From positions 96,001-160,000 of the forward strand of contig CAVTNR010000027.1 of assembly GCA_963736115.1 (NCBI GenBank): a DNA stretch of 64,000 nucleotides, written 5' to 3'. A program made the translations under genes and the position numbers. The notes beneath the pieces are model-generated. The model did not search any database and was not told the DNA's origin. It was given only the letters and a program-made list of their open reading frames with translations. This document shows, piece by piece, positions 52,518 through 62,664 of this stretch (position 1 is the stretch's first letter; every line of letters starts with the position of its first letter). Source of the DNA: an uncultured bacterium (lineage in GTDB: Bacteria; Zhuqueibacterota; QNDG01; DTFT01).

Positions 52518-54155
52518 ATGAGGCCCGAATTCATGGATTGGCTCCCGCCCCTTCTCCCCTTCATTCCTGTGTTGTATGCGGAAACGCACTACACTTTGGC
52601 GGGCTTCAGCCTGATCTACAGGCGCTGGCCTGAAATCGTCGCGGATGCGCCGTATCGCATCGAACCCGGCCGTGCCATCCCGGTTCTCCTGCTCCTCCGC
52701 CATGCGGACCGTTTCCCCGTGACCGTGGAGTCCGCGGCCGCCCTTCTCCGCGCTCCGGACGGCTCTGAAACCGTATATCCGCTGATTGAAAATCCGGTCG
52801 CGATCGCTTCCCGGTCCTGGCACCGCGTCTTTCATGTCCGGCCCTCTGAAGGGATGGCCGGCGACATTTCGATAAACATCCGGCTGGACGTCCGCCGGCC
52901 CGGGGATTCCCGGAGCCGGACCGTCATCAACCGGAATCTGCCCGGAATCAAGCCCATTCCCCTGGCGGTGCGGCTCGCGGAACATCCCCTGCCCGTTTCT
53001 GAAGACTGCCGCTTCGCGGACCTCCACTGCCATTCGGAATACACCGACGACCAGGTGGAATACGGCGCGCCCCTGGACGCTTTGGCGGAAACGGCGCCGG
53101 CCATGGGCCTCTCAGCGGCCGCTGTCACGGATCATTCCTATGACTTGGACGATGTCGAAGGGGAATTCCGCGTCAAGGACCCGGGTCTGACGCGTTGGAA
53201 CGCGATGCGTGAGCGGTGCGCCGAAATCAGCCGCCGAACGGGATTTGCCCTTCTGCCGGGCGAGGAGTTGAGCGCCTCGAACGCGAGGGGCCGGAATGTG
53301 CACCTTCTCCTATTCAACAACCGGACCTTTGTCCCAGGCATGGGCGACAGCGCGGAGCACTGGTTCCGCACGAAATCCGAGCGCTCGGTGCGGGAGGTGC
53401 TCGACGGAAAGGATCCGGACACGCTCGCTTTCGCGGCCCATCCGGAACACCGGTTCCATTTTCTCCAGCGCTTTTTCCTTTCCCGGGACAGCTGGACCGG
53501 GGAGGATTACCGCCACCCGAACCTGACAGGCATGGAAATTCTCAACGGCGTGCCGGACCAGGGTTACCTGGCCGGACTGCGCGCCTGGATCCGGCTCCTG
53601 CTCGAGGGCCGCAGACTTTTCATCGCGGCTGGAAACGACGGCCATGGCGCATTCAACCGCACGTTCCAGATCGGACTGCCCTGGATTTCGATCGCGCATT
53701 CGATGCTGTACCTCTTCGGCCGTTGCCGCACCGGCATCCTCGCAGGAGACAATCCCTCGTCCGAAGATTTTCTCAAGGCAATGGCTGCGGGCCGATGTTT
53801 CATCACCACCGGGCCGGCCATGACCCTCTCCGTGATGAACGAAAAAGGGGAAACCGCCCGACTCGGTCAGAGCCTGTCCGGTTTTCGCTTCGACGCCACG
53901 GTCGAGGCGGTGTCATCCCCTGAATTCGGTCCTCTGGAGTACGTGAGGCTGTGGCTTGGCGATCTGTCCGGAAGGCGCGAGGTGCCATGGATCGAATTGA
54001 AGCCGGAACCGGCTGACATGAAGATCCGGAAAACATTCGGAATGGAGAATCTGAAATCGGATGTGTATGTGAGGGGGCTGGCGGTCTGCCGCAATTCTTC
54101 CGGCCGGACTTCTTTTGCGCTGACGAATCCAATTTGGCTGAACCGGGAGGGTTAA
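52518..54155 (+). CDS. PHP-domain (CehA/McbA-like) metallohydrolase
   Basis: DLHCHS, VTDH, PGEE, AHP, GNDGH and TNPIW motifs. Confidence 0.82.
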   Translation: MRPEFMDWLPPLLPFIPVLYAETHYTLAGFSLIYRRWPEIVADAPYRIEPGRAIPVLLLLRHADRFPVTVESAAALLRAPDGSETVYPLIENPVAIASRSWHRVFHVRPSEGMAGDISINIRLDVRRPGDSRSRTVINRNLPGIKPIPLAVRLAEHPLPVSEDCRFADLHCHSEYTDDQVEYGAPLDALAETAPAMGLSAAAVTDHSYDLDDVEGEFRVKDPGLTRWNAMRERCAEISRRTGFALLPGEELSASNARGRNVHLLLFNNRTFVPGMGDSAEHWFRTKSERSVREVLDGKDPDTLAFAAHPEHRFHFLQRFFLSRDSWTGEDYRHPNLTGMEILNGVPDQGYLAGLRAWIRLLLEGRRLFIAAGNDGHGAFNRTFQIGLPWISIAHSMLYLFGRCRTGILAGDNPSSEDFLKAMAAGRCFITTGPAMTLSVMNEKGETARLGQSLSGFRFDATVEAVSSPEFGPLEYVRLWLGDLSGRREVPWIELKPEPADMKIRKTFGMENLKSDVYVRGLAVCRNSSGRTSFALTNPIWLNREG

Positions 54156-54157
54156 TA

Positions 54158-54608
54158 GGTTCCGGGTTCAGAGTTCCGAGTTCCGAGTTGGAGGCCGATG
54201 TTTTTTCTCAACTCGGAACCCGAAACCCGGAACTCGGAACAACAAACGATTCAACCTTTCCTGTGCAGTTTCCCCTGTACGATGAATGCCGTCAGGGATG
54301 CTCCCGCCATCATCCCTCCTGTCAAAATCGTCAACATTCCGGCCGTCGTCAGAGGTGAGCCGATCATCCCGATACCGCCGAACAGTCCGGCGATCATTCC
54401 AGCCACAATGCCGATGGCTGTCAGTCTGCGGTTTCGGATTTCCGCTTTGCTCATCATTTTTTCGAACTCCTCAATGATCGAAAGAAGGTTCTGAGTTTCG
54501 GGTTTCAATTTCCGAGTTAACATAACATATCGGCTTCTAACTCGGAACCCGGAACTCTGAACCCAGAACTGCTATTCCCCCGGAACCCGAAACCCGGAAC
54601 TCGGAACT
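54158..54608. repeat. Inverted heptamer arrays (RGTTCCG)n / (CGGAACY)n
   Basis: Arrays at 54158-54189, 54210-54240, 54486-54518, 54539-54570 and 54578-54608. Confidence 0.85.
54251..54523 (-). CDS. Small two-TM membrane protein between repeat arrays
   Basis: Two Gly-rich hydrophobic segments; start uncertain because the first codons lie inside the repeat. Confidence 0.5.
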   Translation of the reverse strand: MLTRKLKPETQNLLSIIEEFEKMMSKAEIRNRRLTAIGIVAGMIAGLFGGIGMIGSPLTTAGMLTILTGGMMAGASLTAFIVQGKLHRKG

Positions 54609-55159
54609 ATCAGCGACTCAGCCAGCATCACACAAAGAATCGTCTTCGAATCCACGATCTCCCCTTTTCGGACCATTTCCCGCAATTCCTTAAAAGGAAT
54701 CCAGACCGGCTCCAGGAATTCCGTGTCATCCAACCTGGGCGGTCCTGTTTCCGCGAGCCCGGTCCCGAGAAACAGGGTGATGAATCCAGTCGAATACCCT
54801 TCCGCATGGGCGTATGTGATCAGGTTGCGGACTTCTCCAGGACGAAAGCCGGTTTCCTCCTCGCATTCCCGTATCGCCGCTTCAGCCGGATCCTCGCCCA
54901 TGTGGATCAGGCCGGCCGGAGCTTCGAGCAGGGTTCGGCCTATTGCCGGACGGTGCTGGCGTACCAGCCTGACCTTGCGATCCGCATCCACGGGCAGAAC
55001 CGCCACAGCGTCCTGAACCGCCACCACTTCGCGCTCCGCGGACCTGCCGTCCGGAAGCCGTACGGTCAAACGGTCCAGGCTGAGGTATGAGCCGCTGAAA
55101 ATGCGTTCCTTTTTCAGGACGGGTTCTTCAAGGGAATCTTTTTTAAGTTCATCGTTCAT
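54572..55159 (-). CDS. NUDIX hydrolase (ADP-ribose pyrophosphatase-like)
   Basis: Nudix box PAGLIHMGEDPAEAAIRECEEETG; LD..EFL and DSKT motifs. Confidence 0.9.
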   Translation of the reverse strand: MNDELKKDSLEEPVLKKERIFSGSYLSLDRLTVRLPDGRSAEREVVAVQDAVAVLPVDADRKVRLVRQHRPAIGRTLLEAPAGLIHMGEDPAEAAIRECEEETGFRPGEVRNLITYAHAEGYSTGFITLFLGTGLAETGPPRLDDTEFLEPVWIPFKELREMVRKGEIVDSKTILCVMLAESLIVPSSGFRVPGE

Positions 55160-55165
55160 AAAACG

Positions 55166-55527
55166 AGTTTCGAGTTACGCGTTCCGAGTTCCGGGTTGGA
55201 TGCCGCCGAAATCCGGCTCAACGAATTACCCTATTCCCCTTTGTTATCCGCGCTCATCCGCGCCGGAGGTCCGTTCAATCCGTGTTCCATTTTTGACGTT
55301 CCGAGTTCCGTCTTTTTCCCCTCCCATCCCCTGGTTCCCCGTCCGCTGGCGCGGATGAAAAAGACACTTGCGCGGGGATGACATTCATTAAAATGAATGC
55401 ATTACCTCATTCCATCGCTCTCTCCGTGAAAATCCGTTCCATCCGCGCCGCAGGCGTCCGTGTTCCATTCTTCAGGTTCCGAGTTCCGAGTTACAGGTTC
55501 CGAGTTCCGAGTTACAGGTTCCGGGTT
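55166..55527. repeat. Repeat-rich intergenic region (heptamer arrays + two ATCCGCGCC...TCCGTGTTCCATT units)
   Basis: RGTTCCG arrays at about 55166-55197, 55298-55311 and 55475-55527; ATCCG-rich units at about 55246-55291 and 55432-55469. Confidence 0.75.
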
Positions 55528-55594
55528 GAGGGTGCATCTGCTGTGCGCCATGCGCTATGCCGGATGCCGCCCGTACGGCCGGCCCGTATTCAGG

Positions 55595-56629
55595 TTACGT
55601 CCCGCTATCCAGCATCTGATAGAAACCCTTCGGCTCCAGTTCGGGGAATGCCGCCCCGGTCCGGACCAGATGTCTCCGGATGTCCAGGCACAAGTGGCAT
55701 TTGGCGATATATCCTTCCGGATCCTCCCGGAATCCGTGCTCGGAAGACGCGAAAACGGCCAGAGCGGCCGGCCCTCCCTCCATCAGCCTGGAGAGCACAT
55801 GCTTGTCCGGCAGGTCCGTTCCCGCGGAAATGCCGGCGAGGTCCAGACCGTTTCCCACGGAAAGACCCGCGCACAGGCCGGTGATGACATTTCCGTACAG
55901 GTCGACATGTCCGTGATGGGGGCTGGTCAATTCAGCTTCGCAGTTCCGTTCCAAAAAATCCGAGGCTGGATGACGCGCATAAAGCACGCCGAGTTCCAGC
56001 GGCGCACGGCCGTTGGGAACGAGCCCGTACCGGTCCGCGAGGTCGAGCGAAGCCTGATCCGGACCGGCGGATTCGAGATAATCCTCAAAGGGAATCGGAT
56101 GCTTCGGATCCGCACCCGCGAGCAGGCTCCGGAAATAATCCGTGTACACGCGCACCTCGGACGGGCCGAACACGCGGGACGCGACGCGGATCAGCCGCTC
56201 CGGCCTTTCCAGGGGCACGAATTCCTGGTGGAATGGAGACACACTGACGAGCAGGCCCGGCAGGCCGGCGTCCCTGAGACGCAGGAGCGTCTCTTCCGTG
56301 TCCGCCTCCCGGAGCGCCCAGAACGCGTTCGTCTCGACATACTCAAGCGGAAGACCCGCCGCGGACACGGCTTCGACCGCGCGGATCAACCGGTCCGGAC
56401 GGATGAAGGGCTCACCTCCGCCGATGTGGACGGAATCGAGAAAACGGCTGTCGGCCGCGATGGACGCGGTCAGTCCTTCAAGAATTTCATCGGTAATCCA
56501 GTCTTCCCAGGCCGGCGAACACGCATACAGGCAGTGTCTGCACTGATTGCTGCACTGGTACGACAGAATGATCCCCAGCGAGGAGAACGGAGGCACTTTG
56601 AGCACGCGTGATTCACTCACGGCTGTCAC
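55595..56629 (-). CDS. Radical SAM protein
   Basis: CSNQCRHC, GGGEP, ETNA and C-terminal KCHLC; GTGA overlap with the upstream gene. Confidence 0.85.
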   Translation of the reverse strand: MTAVSESRVLKVPPFSSLGIILSYQCSNQCRHCLYACSPAWEDWITDEILEGLTASIAADSRFLDSVHIGGGEPFIRPDRLIRAVEAVSAAGLPLEYVETNAFWALREADTEETLLRLRDAGLPGLLVSVSPFHQEFVPLERPERLIRVASRVFGPSEVRVYTDYFRSLLAGADPKHPIPFEDYLESAGPDQASLDLADRYGLVPNGRAPLELGVLYARHPASDFLERNCEAELTSPHHGHVDLYGNVITGLCAGLSVGNGLDLAGISAGTDLPDKHVLSRLMEGGPAALAVFASSEHGFREDPEGYIAKCHLCLDIRRHLVRTGAAFPELEPKGFYQMLDSGT

Positions 56630-57327
56630 AGCCCCAGGAACCGGATGAGCAGGCCGGTCGCAAAGATGACCGCGCCTGCCACCGCATGGCTGTATTTTTC
56701 AAGGGTCCGGAGAGGCAGGAGATTCCATCCTGCCGACGCCAACGCGGTCATGGCCAGCATGGTCGACACGGTTGCCGCCGCGAAAACGGCAGTGACAGCC
56801 GCCACCCCGGCGGCGCTGGTTTTCGCGGCCGGATACATGAGCAGGGGAATGAGCGGTTCGCAGGGGCCGAGGATGAAAATAGTGAAAAGCACCCAGGGGG
56901 TCACGTGACCGTCGTGCACGTGTGTGTGGGCTTCCACGTGCCCGTGGCCGTGCGAATGCACATGGCCGTCTTCGTGGCTGTGCGAGTGGACGTGGCGGCG
57001 GTCCCGGAACACCGGTTTCATGCCCCATACGAAGTACGCCAGGCCGAAGGCGATCAGCGCCCATGAAGCGAGTCCGCCGCGGACCGATTCAATCCATTCC
57101 AGCCGGTTGAGCGCGACCCCGAAGACGATACCGAGCAGTCCCAGCACAACTGAGCTTAGCACGTGGGCCAATCCGCACAGAAAGGCGACGCCCAGCGTCT
57201 TGCCCAGCGTCCACCGCCGGGCCTTCCCGATCATGACAAAAGGCAGGTAATGATCCGGTCCGATCACCGTGTGAAAAAAACCGATGAACAGGGCCGCGGC
57301 CGTCAGCGCTCCGAGGTCTTCGGTCAC
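56626..57327 (-). CDS. Ni/Co-type transporter-like membrane protein (UreH/DsbD_2-like) with His-rich loop
   Basis: FHT..GPDHYLPF, HVHSHSHEDGHVHSHGHGH and GPCEPL motifs; GTG 57327 overlaps the peptidase stop. Confidence 0.8.
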   Translation of the reverse strand: MTEDLGALTAAALFIGFFHTVIGPDHYLPFVMIGKARRWTLGKTLGVAFLCGLAHVLSSVVLGLLGIVFGVALNRLEWIESVRGGLASWALIAFGLAYFVWGMKPVFRDRRHVHSHSHEDGHVHSHGHGHVEAHTHVHDGHVTPWVLFTIFILGPCEPLIPLLMYPAAKTSAAGVAAVTAVFAAATVSTMLAMTALASAGWNLLPLRTLEKYSHAVAGAVIFATGLLIRFLGL

Positions 57328-60170
57328 GGCAACCCGGTCCCGTTTCCCATTCGGAAGTTCTCCGGGAGCAGGATAACGCGAATCCGGTTCCGGCCGTCGC
57401 ACGCGCGGTTTGCCGTTTCCCGGACATCGCCCGCGGTCAGGCCGGATATCCACCCCGCCCTGAGCAGGATGTTCTCCGGATTCTCTCCCTGAAAAGCGCA
57501 TGCGGAAAGCCGTTCCACCCAGAAGGCGTTCCGTTTCAGATCGGTTTCAAAATCCCGCCGCTGAAGTTCACGCACGCGGGCCAGCAGATCCGGATCCGGC
57601 CCTTTGTTCCTGAGATCGTCGATTTCCCTGAAGACGAGACGGCTCAGTTCCTCGGTTCGTCCGGCCGGGCACCCGAAGGAAATGTTCAGGGTATAGGAAG
57701 GAACCGGGAAGCGGACCGCGGAGGCAGCGACGGACACTCCGTAGGCGCCGCCGAGTTTTACGGCCAGAACCTCCCGGAGCCGGATGCGGAGAAAACCGGC
57801 CATGGTTTCGAAGCGGTACTCGTTCAGAGAACCGGGTTCCCAGGGTCCGGTGTACACGATGGCCACGCGGCCCTTGGGCTCGTTTCCCTTCCGGACGATG
57901 CTCTCAACCGTCCCTTTCAGGGGCCGCACGCCCGGATCGCGCCAGGTTTCCGTACGGCCGGCCGACGGAAGACCGGCCAGCCACGTTTCGACGATCGGCC
58001 GCAGGGAATCGGGGTTGAAGTCGCCTGCGAAAATGAATGTGAAGTCGCCCGCGTCCGAGAACCGGTCCCGAACCACGGCGAGCGAGCTGTCGAGATTCAT
58101 CCGCTCCAGTGTAGCCGCGGTCCAGGGCCGGGCCCGCGGATGACGGCCCGCGAGCAGGACCTGCAGGGTGTCCTCAAAAGCCGTTTCCGGCACAAGGGCC
58201 CTGCTGTCCAGCCGGCCTCGGAGTATCTCTTTCGCGGACGAGAACGCCGCCTCGTCACGGCGCGGATCCGCAAACGCCAGATGGATCAGCTGGAACAGCG
58301 TGACCGCGTCCCCCGAAGAGCAGGCGCCGGACAGTCCCTCGGTGAGCAAGCCGATGGAGGCGGTCACGGACGCTCCGGTCCCAGTCAGCCGCTTTGCCAG
58401 TTGGGCTTTGCTGAATCCGCCCGCGCCGCTTTCCTCCACGATGGAGGCCGCGGTCGCGGCCGCAACCGCATTCCGGTCCGGAACCAGGGAATTGCCGCCC
58501 GGACTGAAAGCGGAGAACCGAATCTCTCCGTCCCTGAAATCGGTCGGCTTCAGAATGACTGTGGCGCCATTGGTGAGTTTCCACTCGACCGTGCCGAGCC
58601 GGCTGTTCCGCTTCTCGGACAGGATGCGGCCCGGCACGGGCGAAACCGGGACCAGGGGCGCGGCCGACCCGCCGTCCGGGAAGGATTCGATTGACGCGTT
58701 CCCCACACGGTCGAACAGACCGAGAAGATCCGCTTCGCGGGGTTTCCGTATGCCTTTCTTTTCCGGGACCTCCGCCAGAACGACACGGTTGTCTTCCGGC
58801 GTCCAGTCCGCGGTCAGGCGGTTGATTTCCTCGAGTGTGACCGATTCCAGCAGTTCGCCGGTCTTCCGGAACTCCCACTCCGCGGACGGAGCCGCTTCTC
58901 CTTCAAGCCAGGACCGGACCAGACGGGATGCCAGATCCTCGGATCCGGTCCCGCTCTTCTCTTCCGCGCGCTTCTGAAGCTCGCGCATGCGGTCTCTGAC
59001 GGCTTTGCGGAATTCTTCCGGAAGGAAACCGTGGCGCCGGACGCGTTCCACTGCCGTCAGAAGGGCCTCGAGGCCGGCTTCCACGCCGTTGTCCGGTACG
59101 CCCGCGCCGATATAATACGCGCCCCGGTGCCGCACGAGCCTGCCCTTGCCCGCGATACCGTAACGGATGGGCGGGTCCGGACGTGCCGCCAGATCGGCCA
59201 GCCGGCGGTTCATCATGGCGTCATGCAGATTCTCCAGAAGAGAATGCCTCATATCGGACAGGGTGGCGGCCGTCCGCACCGGACACAACCAGTAGACACT
59301 GACCGAGGATCCGGATGCCTCAGGATCGGAAAAGACACGGACGGTGGTTCCGGAATGACCGGTAACCGGAGCCGGGACCGGCTGTCGCGCCGTCGTCCGG
59401 GCCGTCCATGAGCCGAACTGGGAGCGGATCAGTGACTCGATCCGGCGGCTGTCGAAATCGCCCACGGCCACGACCGCGGTCCGTTCGGGCCTGTACCAGT
59501 CGTGAACAAAACGCTTCAGAGTTTCGGAGCTGAAGGACTGCAGAATTTCTCTCCGGCCCGAGGGAAGCCTCTCCGCATACCGGGATCCGGCGAACAGAAA
59601 GGGGTATCGCCTGTCGAGGGCGCGACTTTCCGCGCCGCGGCCGGTCCGGAATTCCCGGAGCGTCTCCAGGCGTTCACTTTCGACCGCGCCCGGATCGAAT
59701 GGGATTCCGTCGGCCCAGTCGCGCAGGAGCAGAAAAGCCCGGTCGAGCAATGCAGCCGAGTCGGCCGGCACGGCCAGCCGGTACACCGTCTCATCGAAGG
59801 ATGCGGAAGCGCTGACGTCCCCGCCCGCGGATTCCAGAAAACGATCGAGCGCCGGTTTCGGGAAATGCGCCGTGCCGGAAAACGCCAGGGCTGCGATGAA
59901 ACGCGCCAGGCCCTGCTGGTCATCGTCCTCCTGAAGCGAGCCTGCGTTCACCGCCAGCCGGAGCTCGGCCTTCCCCGCGGGCCTGCGAATGGACCGGATG
60001 AAATACTTCATTCCATTGGGAAGGGTTCCGGAGGATACGGCCGGATCGGACGGAATCGGCGCGGAAAGACCGGGGGTATCCGCCCCCCGTCCGGCCGCCG
60101 CGGTCAGGATCAGAATCACTGCTGTAAACCGGCCGGCGGATGCTCTCAATGACCACATCGGCTTCCTCAT
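57324..60170 (-). CDS. M16 (pitrilysin/PqqL-like) peptidase homolog with degenerate zinc motif
   Basis: G.LPNG..Y, AGSLQE, WYRP, L.NG..V..K.TDF and LRE...GAYGV motifs; HxxEH reads RFIAA. Confidence 0.85.
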   Translation of the reverse strand: MRKPMWSLRASAGRFTAVILILTAAAGRGADTPGLSAPIPSDPAVSSGTLPNGMKYFIRSIRRPAGKAELRLAVNAGSLQEDDDQQGLARFIAALAFSGTAHFPKPALDRFLESAGGDVSASASFDETVYRLAVPADSAALLDRAFLLLRDWADGIPFDPGAVESERLETLREFRTGRGAESRALDRRYPFLFAGSRYAERLPSGRREILQSFSSETLKRFVHDWYRPERTAVVAVGDFDSRRIESLIRSQFGSWTARTTARQPVPAPVTGHSGTTVRVFSDPEASGSSVSVYWLCPVRTAATLSDMRHSLLENLHDAMMNRRLADLAARPDPPIRYGIAGKGRLVRHRGAYYIGAGVPDNGVEAGLEALLTAVERVRRHGFLPEEFRKAVRDRMRELQKRAEEKSGTGSEDLASRLVRSWLEGEAAPSAEWEFRKTGELLESVTLEEINRLTADWTPEDNRVVLAEVPEKKGIRKPREADLLGLFDRVGNASIESFPDGGSAAPLVPVSPVPGRILSEKRNSRLGTVEWKLTNGATVILKPTDFRDGEIRFSAFSPGGNSLVPDRNAVAAATAASIVEESGAGGFSKAQLAKRLTGTGASVTASIGLLTEGLSGACSSGDAVTLFQLIHLAFADPRRDEAAFSSAKEILRGRLDSRALVPETAFEDTLQVLLAGRHPRARPWTAATLERMNLDSSLAVVRDRFSDAGDFTFIFAGDFNPDSLRPIVETWLAGLPSAGRTETWRDPGVRPLKGTVESIVRKGNEPKGRVAIVYTGPWEPGSLNEYRFETMAGFLRIRLREVLAVKLGGAYGVSVAASAVRFPVPSYTLNISFGCPAGRTEELSRLVFREIDDLRNKGPDPDLLARVRELQRRDFETDLKRNAFWVERLSACAFQGENPENILLRAGWISGLTAGDVRETANRACDGRNRIRVILLPENFRMGNGTGLP

Positions 60171-60172
60171 TA

Positions 60173-61363
60173 TCAGGCGATCGGTTTTTCGTACAGGGTG
60201 TAAGTCTTGGACAAGTGCCCTCCGACCAGATCCCCGAGCCGAAGCACCATGACATTGTCCTCCAGCATCCATCCCAGGTCGCAGTACTGGTATCCCTTTT
60301 TCTGCGTGTATTGCTTCTGAACCCAGATCATGACACCATCAAGCCCCAGCCTGCGGAACTTCTTCTTCACGCCGAGATACCCCAGCCGGAATCCTTCGGT
60401 CTTCTTCGCGCCGAGTATCATCCGGAGGGCCCGGACCAGTTCCCAGCGCCGGGCGAATCCCCCGGCCGGCTTCATGTGTTCCACGACGTTGGGCACGCCT
60501 CCGAAGAAGGCGGCCAGCTCGCCTTTAACATAGAGAAAGAGGAACAGCTTCTTGTCCATGATGAGCTGCATGTCGTCCACGATGCGGTAGAATTCGTCGG
60601 GCTCGAATGGGACGAAGCCGAAATTGTCGCCCCAGGCGTCGTTGTACACCTCCAGCATCTCGGCCTTGCGCTGTTTCAGCGGCCGGGCGCTCCAGGGCTC
60701 CACGGTGATGCCGTACCGCTCGATGATCTTTTCAGACAGGCGGACGAGTTTGTCCTCCATGGGCCGCTGGACCGGCGCCTCCCACGAGACGACTTTTTTC
60801 ACGGGCTGGAACCCGGCGGACGACAGGAGGCCGGCGTAATACGGTTTTCCCCAGTGGTAGTACATGACGGGACGGGAATCGAAACCGGCCGTGAGTATGC
60901 CCGGCGTGGCTTCGTTGACCGGCAGGTTCTGGGGCCCGCGCATCGCGGTCATGCCCATGCCCTTGAGCCAGGCCCCGGCCGCGTTCATCAGCGCCACACT
61001 CACCGCGGGATCCTCGATGGATTCGAACTGCCCGAAAAATCCGGTCCGGTCGTTCCAGTGGCGGTTGTGGTTGCGGTTCACGAACGCGTTGCAGCGGCCG
61101 ATGATCCGGCCCTCACGCTCCGCCAGGAAAAACCGCATCTCGGCGTGACGCAGAAACAGGTTTGATTCCTCGAAGAAACCGCGTATGCCCAGCAGCGGGA
61201 ACCCCAGGTATTCGTAGTCCAGCAGGGGGACATACGACGGGTCGTTGCGGTAATGGTCCCAGTGAAAATCGACGAAGCGGCGCAGCAGCGCCTTGTCCTC
61301 GCGGGTCCGGTATCCGAAATCGTGCATGCGGATGGCGGGTCCGGAATGGTCGGATAAGGTCAT
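60173..61363 (-). CDS. YghO-like GNAT N-acetyltransferase
   Basis: IGR..AFVN, GFFGQFE, MRGP, YN.AW..NFGFVP, LGV...FRRLG and W.LEDN motifs. Confidence 0.85.
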   Translation of the reverse strand: MTLSDHSGPAIRMHDFGYRTREDKALLRRFVDFHWDHYRNDPSYVPLLDYEYLGFPLLGIRGFFEESNLFLRHAEMRFFLAEREGRIIGRCNAFVNRNHNRHWNDRTGFFGQFESIEDPAVSVALMNAAGAWLKGMGMTAMRGPQNLPVNEATPGILTAGFDSRPVMYYHWGKPYYAGLLSSAGFQPVKKVVSWEAPVQRPMEDKLVRLSEKIIERYGITVEPWSARPLKQRKAEMLEVYNDAWGDNFGFVPFEPDEFYRIVDDMQLIMDKKLFLFLYVKGELAAFFGGVPNVVEHMKPAGGFARRWELVRALRMILGAKKTEGFRLGYLGVKKKFRRLGLDGVMIWVQKQYTQKKGYQYCDLGWMLEDNVMVLRLGDLVGGHLSKTYTLYEKPIA

Positions 61364-62664
61364 GTTCTGGCTCCCTGCGGGTTTGCGCCCTCTCCCGGGC
61401 GCGGGGCCGGCAATGCCGGGTGAACGTCCTTGCCGCCAGCCGGGTTTCCCGGGGACGGGCGGCAGTCGCCGATGCGGCGCAGCACCACCAGCGAAGCGTC
61501 GTCCTCCCAGTTCTCCCGGAGTCCGAAGTCGAGAACCGCATCGTAGACGGCCGAGACGATTTCCTTCGGGCTCCTGGACCAGTTGTCCAGAACAACGGCT
61601 TTCAGCCGCTCAATGCCGAAAAGTTCATCCTTGTCGTTCTTCCGCTCAATCAGTCCGTCGCTGTAGAGCACGAGCAGGGAATCGGGCTCGAGCTGAACAT
61701 AGGCCTGCTGAAGCGTCAGGTCCTCGAAAAAGCCGAGCGCGATTCCCGTGGTTTCCAGGTCGGTCACGCGTCCGCCGCAAACGACAAAGGGCGGCGGATG
61801 CCCGGCGTTGGCGTACACCAGATGGCCGTCCTCGGACAGCTCGCCGATGAAAATCGACACGAAGTTCGTCGAGTACATGGCGCCCTGTATGACACGGTTG
61901 AGTTTTTTCAGCGTGTGGATCAGCCGCATGTCCATGGATACGCCCATGCGCAGGCCGATCACCACGTCGCGCACGAGCAGCGCCGCCGGAAGGCCGTGTC
62001 CGCTCGCGTCGCCGATGGCCAGCATGAACGTGCCGTCTCCCGGCTGGATGTATTCGTAGAAGTCGCCGCCGACGATCACCGCGGCCTGCGACCGCTCGGC
62101 GATCTGATACCCCCGGACCCGGGGCGCGGTTCGCGGCAGGAGGCTCCGTTGAATCTGGGCGACGCGCTCCAGCTCCGTGTTGATCAGATCCGTATAGAGC
62201 CGGTGGTTGAGCGCCGTCCTCACCGCATTGAGGAAAAGCGTGATTTCCTCGCGTATCCATCCGTCCTTCAGCTCGAAGGCGACGATCCACTGGCCGTCCG
62301 GGCTGGACACGGAAATGGCGCAGAGTATGGCGTAATGGTTTTTCGGTTTTTCCCCGAATTCGCGGAACAGCACGGGGTCGTCGTAGATGAAGCTCCCGTG
62401 TTTCAGCAGTTCGCGCACGGCATCCGATTCAGCCGGAACCCGGTCCTTCACCGCGAATCCTCTGCCCGAACTGCCGGAGTAGAGCCGCACATAGGTGTCT
62501 CCCCTCAGTTCGAACCGGTGACTCCGTGCGATGCCCAGCGCGCCGCCGAACTTCTGCTCCAGTCCCTCGAGAATGACTTGGAAATACCGGTCGCCGGATT
62601 CGGCCTTTCCGATCTGCGAGAGAACCGAGTCCAGTTCGCGGTAAAACAGTTTGGGTTCAATCAT
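61360..62664 (-). CDS. PP2C/SpoIIE (RsbU-like) Ser/Thr phosphatase
   Basis: IQRSLLP, VGGDFY, GDASGHG, NAGH, YSDGL.E and DDAS motifs. Confidence 0.92.
   Translation of the reverse strand: MIEPKLFYRELDSVLSQIGKAESGDRYFQVILEGLEQKFGGALGIARSHRFELRGDTYVRLYSGSSGRGFAVKDRVPAESDAVRELLKHGSFIYDDPVLFREFGEKPKNHYAILCAISVSSPDGQWIVAFELKDGWIREEITLFLNAVRTALNHRLYTDLINTELERVAQIQRSLLPRTAPRVRGYQIAERSQAAVIVGGDFYEYIQPGDGTFMLAIGDASGHGLPAALLVRDVVIGLRMGVSMDMRLIHTLKKLNRVIQGAMYSTNFVSIFIGELSEDGHLVYANAGHPPPFVVCGGRVTDLETTGIALGFFEDLTLQQAYVQLEPDSLLVLYSDGLIERKNDKDELFGIERLKAVVLDNWSRSPKEIVSAVYDAVLDFGLRENWEDDASLVVLRRIGDCRPSPGNPAGGKDVHPALPAPRPGEGANPQGART

Noticed and set aside
33206-55527. Heptamer arrays or mini-elements as CRISPR arrays
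   Set aside because: No constant 25-45-bp repeat separated by unique spacers, and no cas genes.
57328-57501. N-terminal extension of the transporter ORF (similarly 29599..29784 for araD, 60171..60272 for M16, 62783..62977 for the OMP)
   Set aside because: These extensions overlap neighbouring genes or leaders; better starts exist with an RBS or stop/start coupling.
55595-61363. Radical SAM + M16 + GNAT as a RiPP biosynthetic cluster
   Set aside because: No precursor peptide or RRE domain seen, and the peptidase lacks its catalytic motif.
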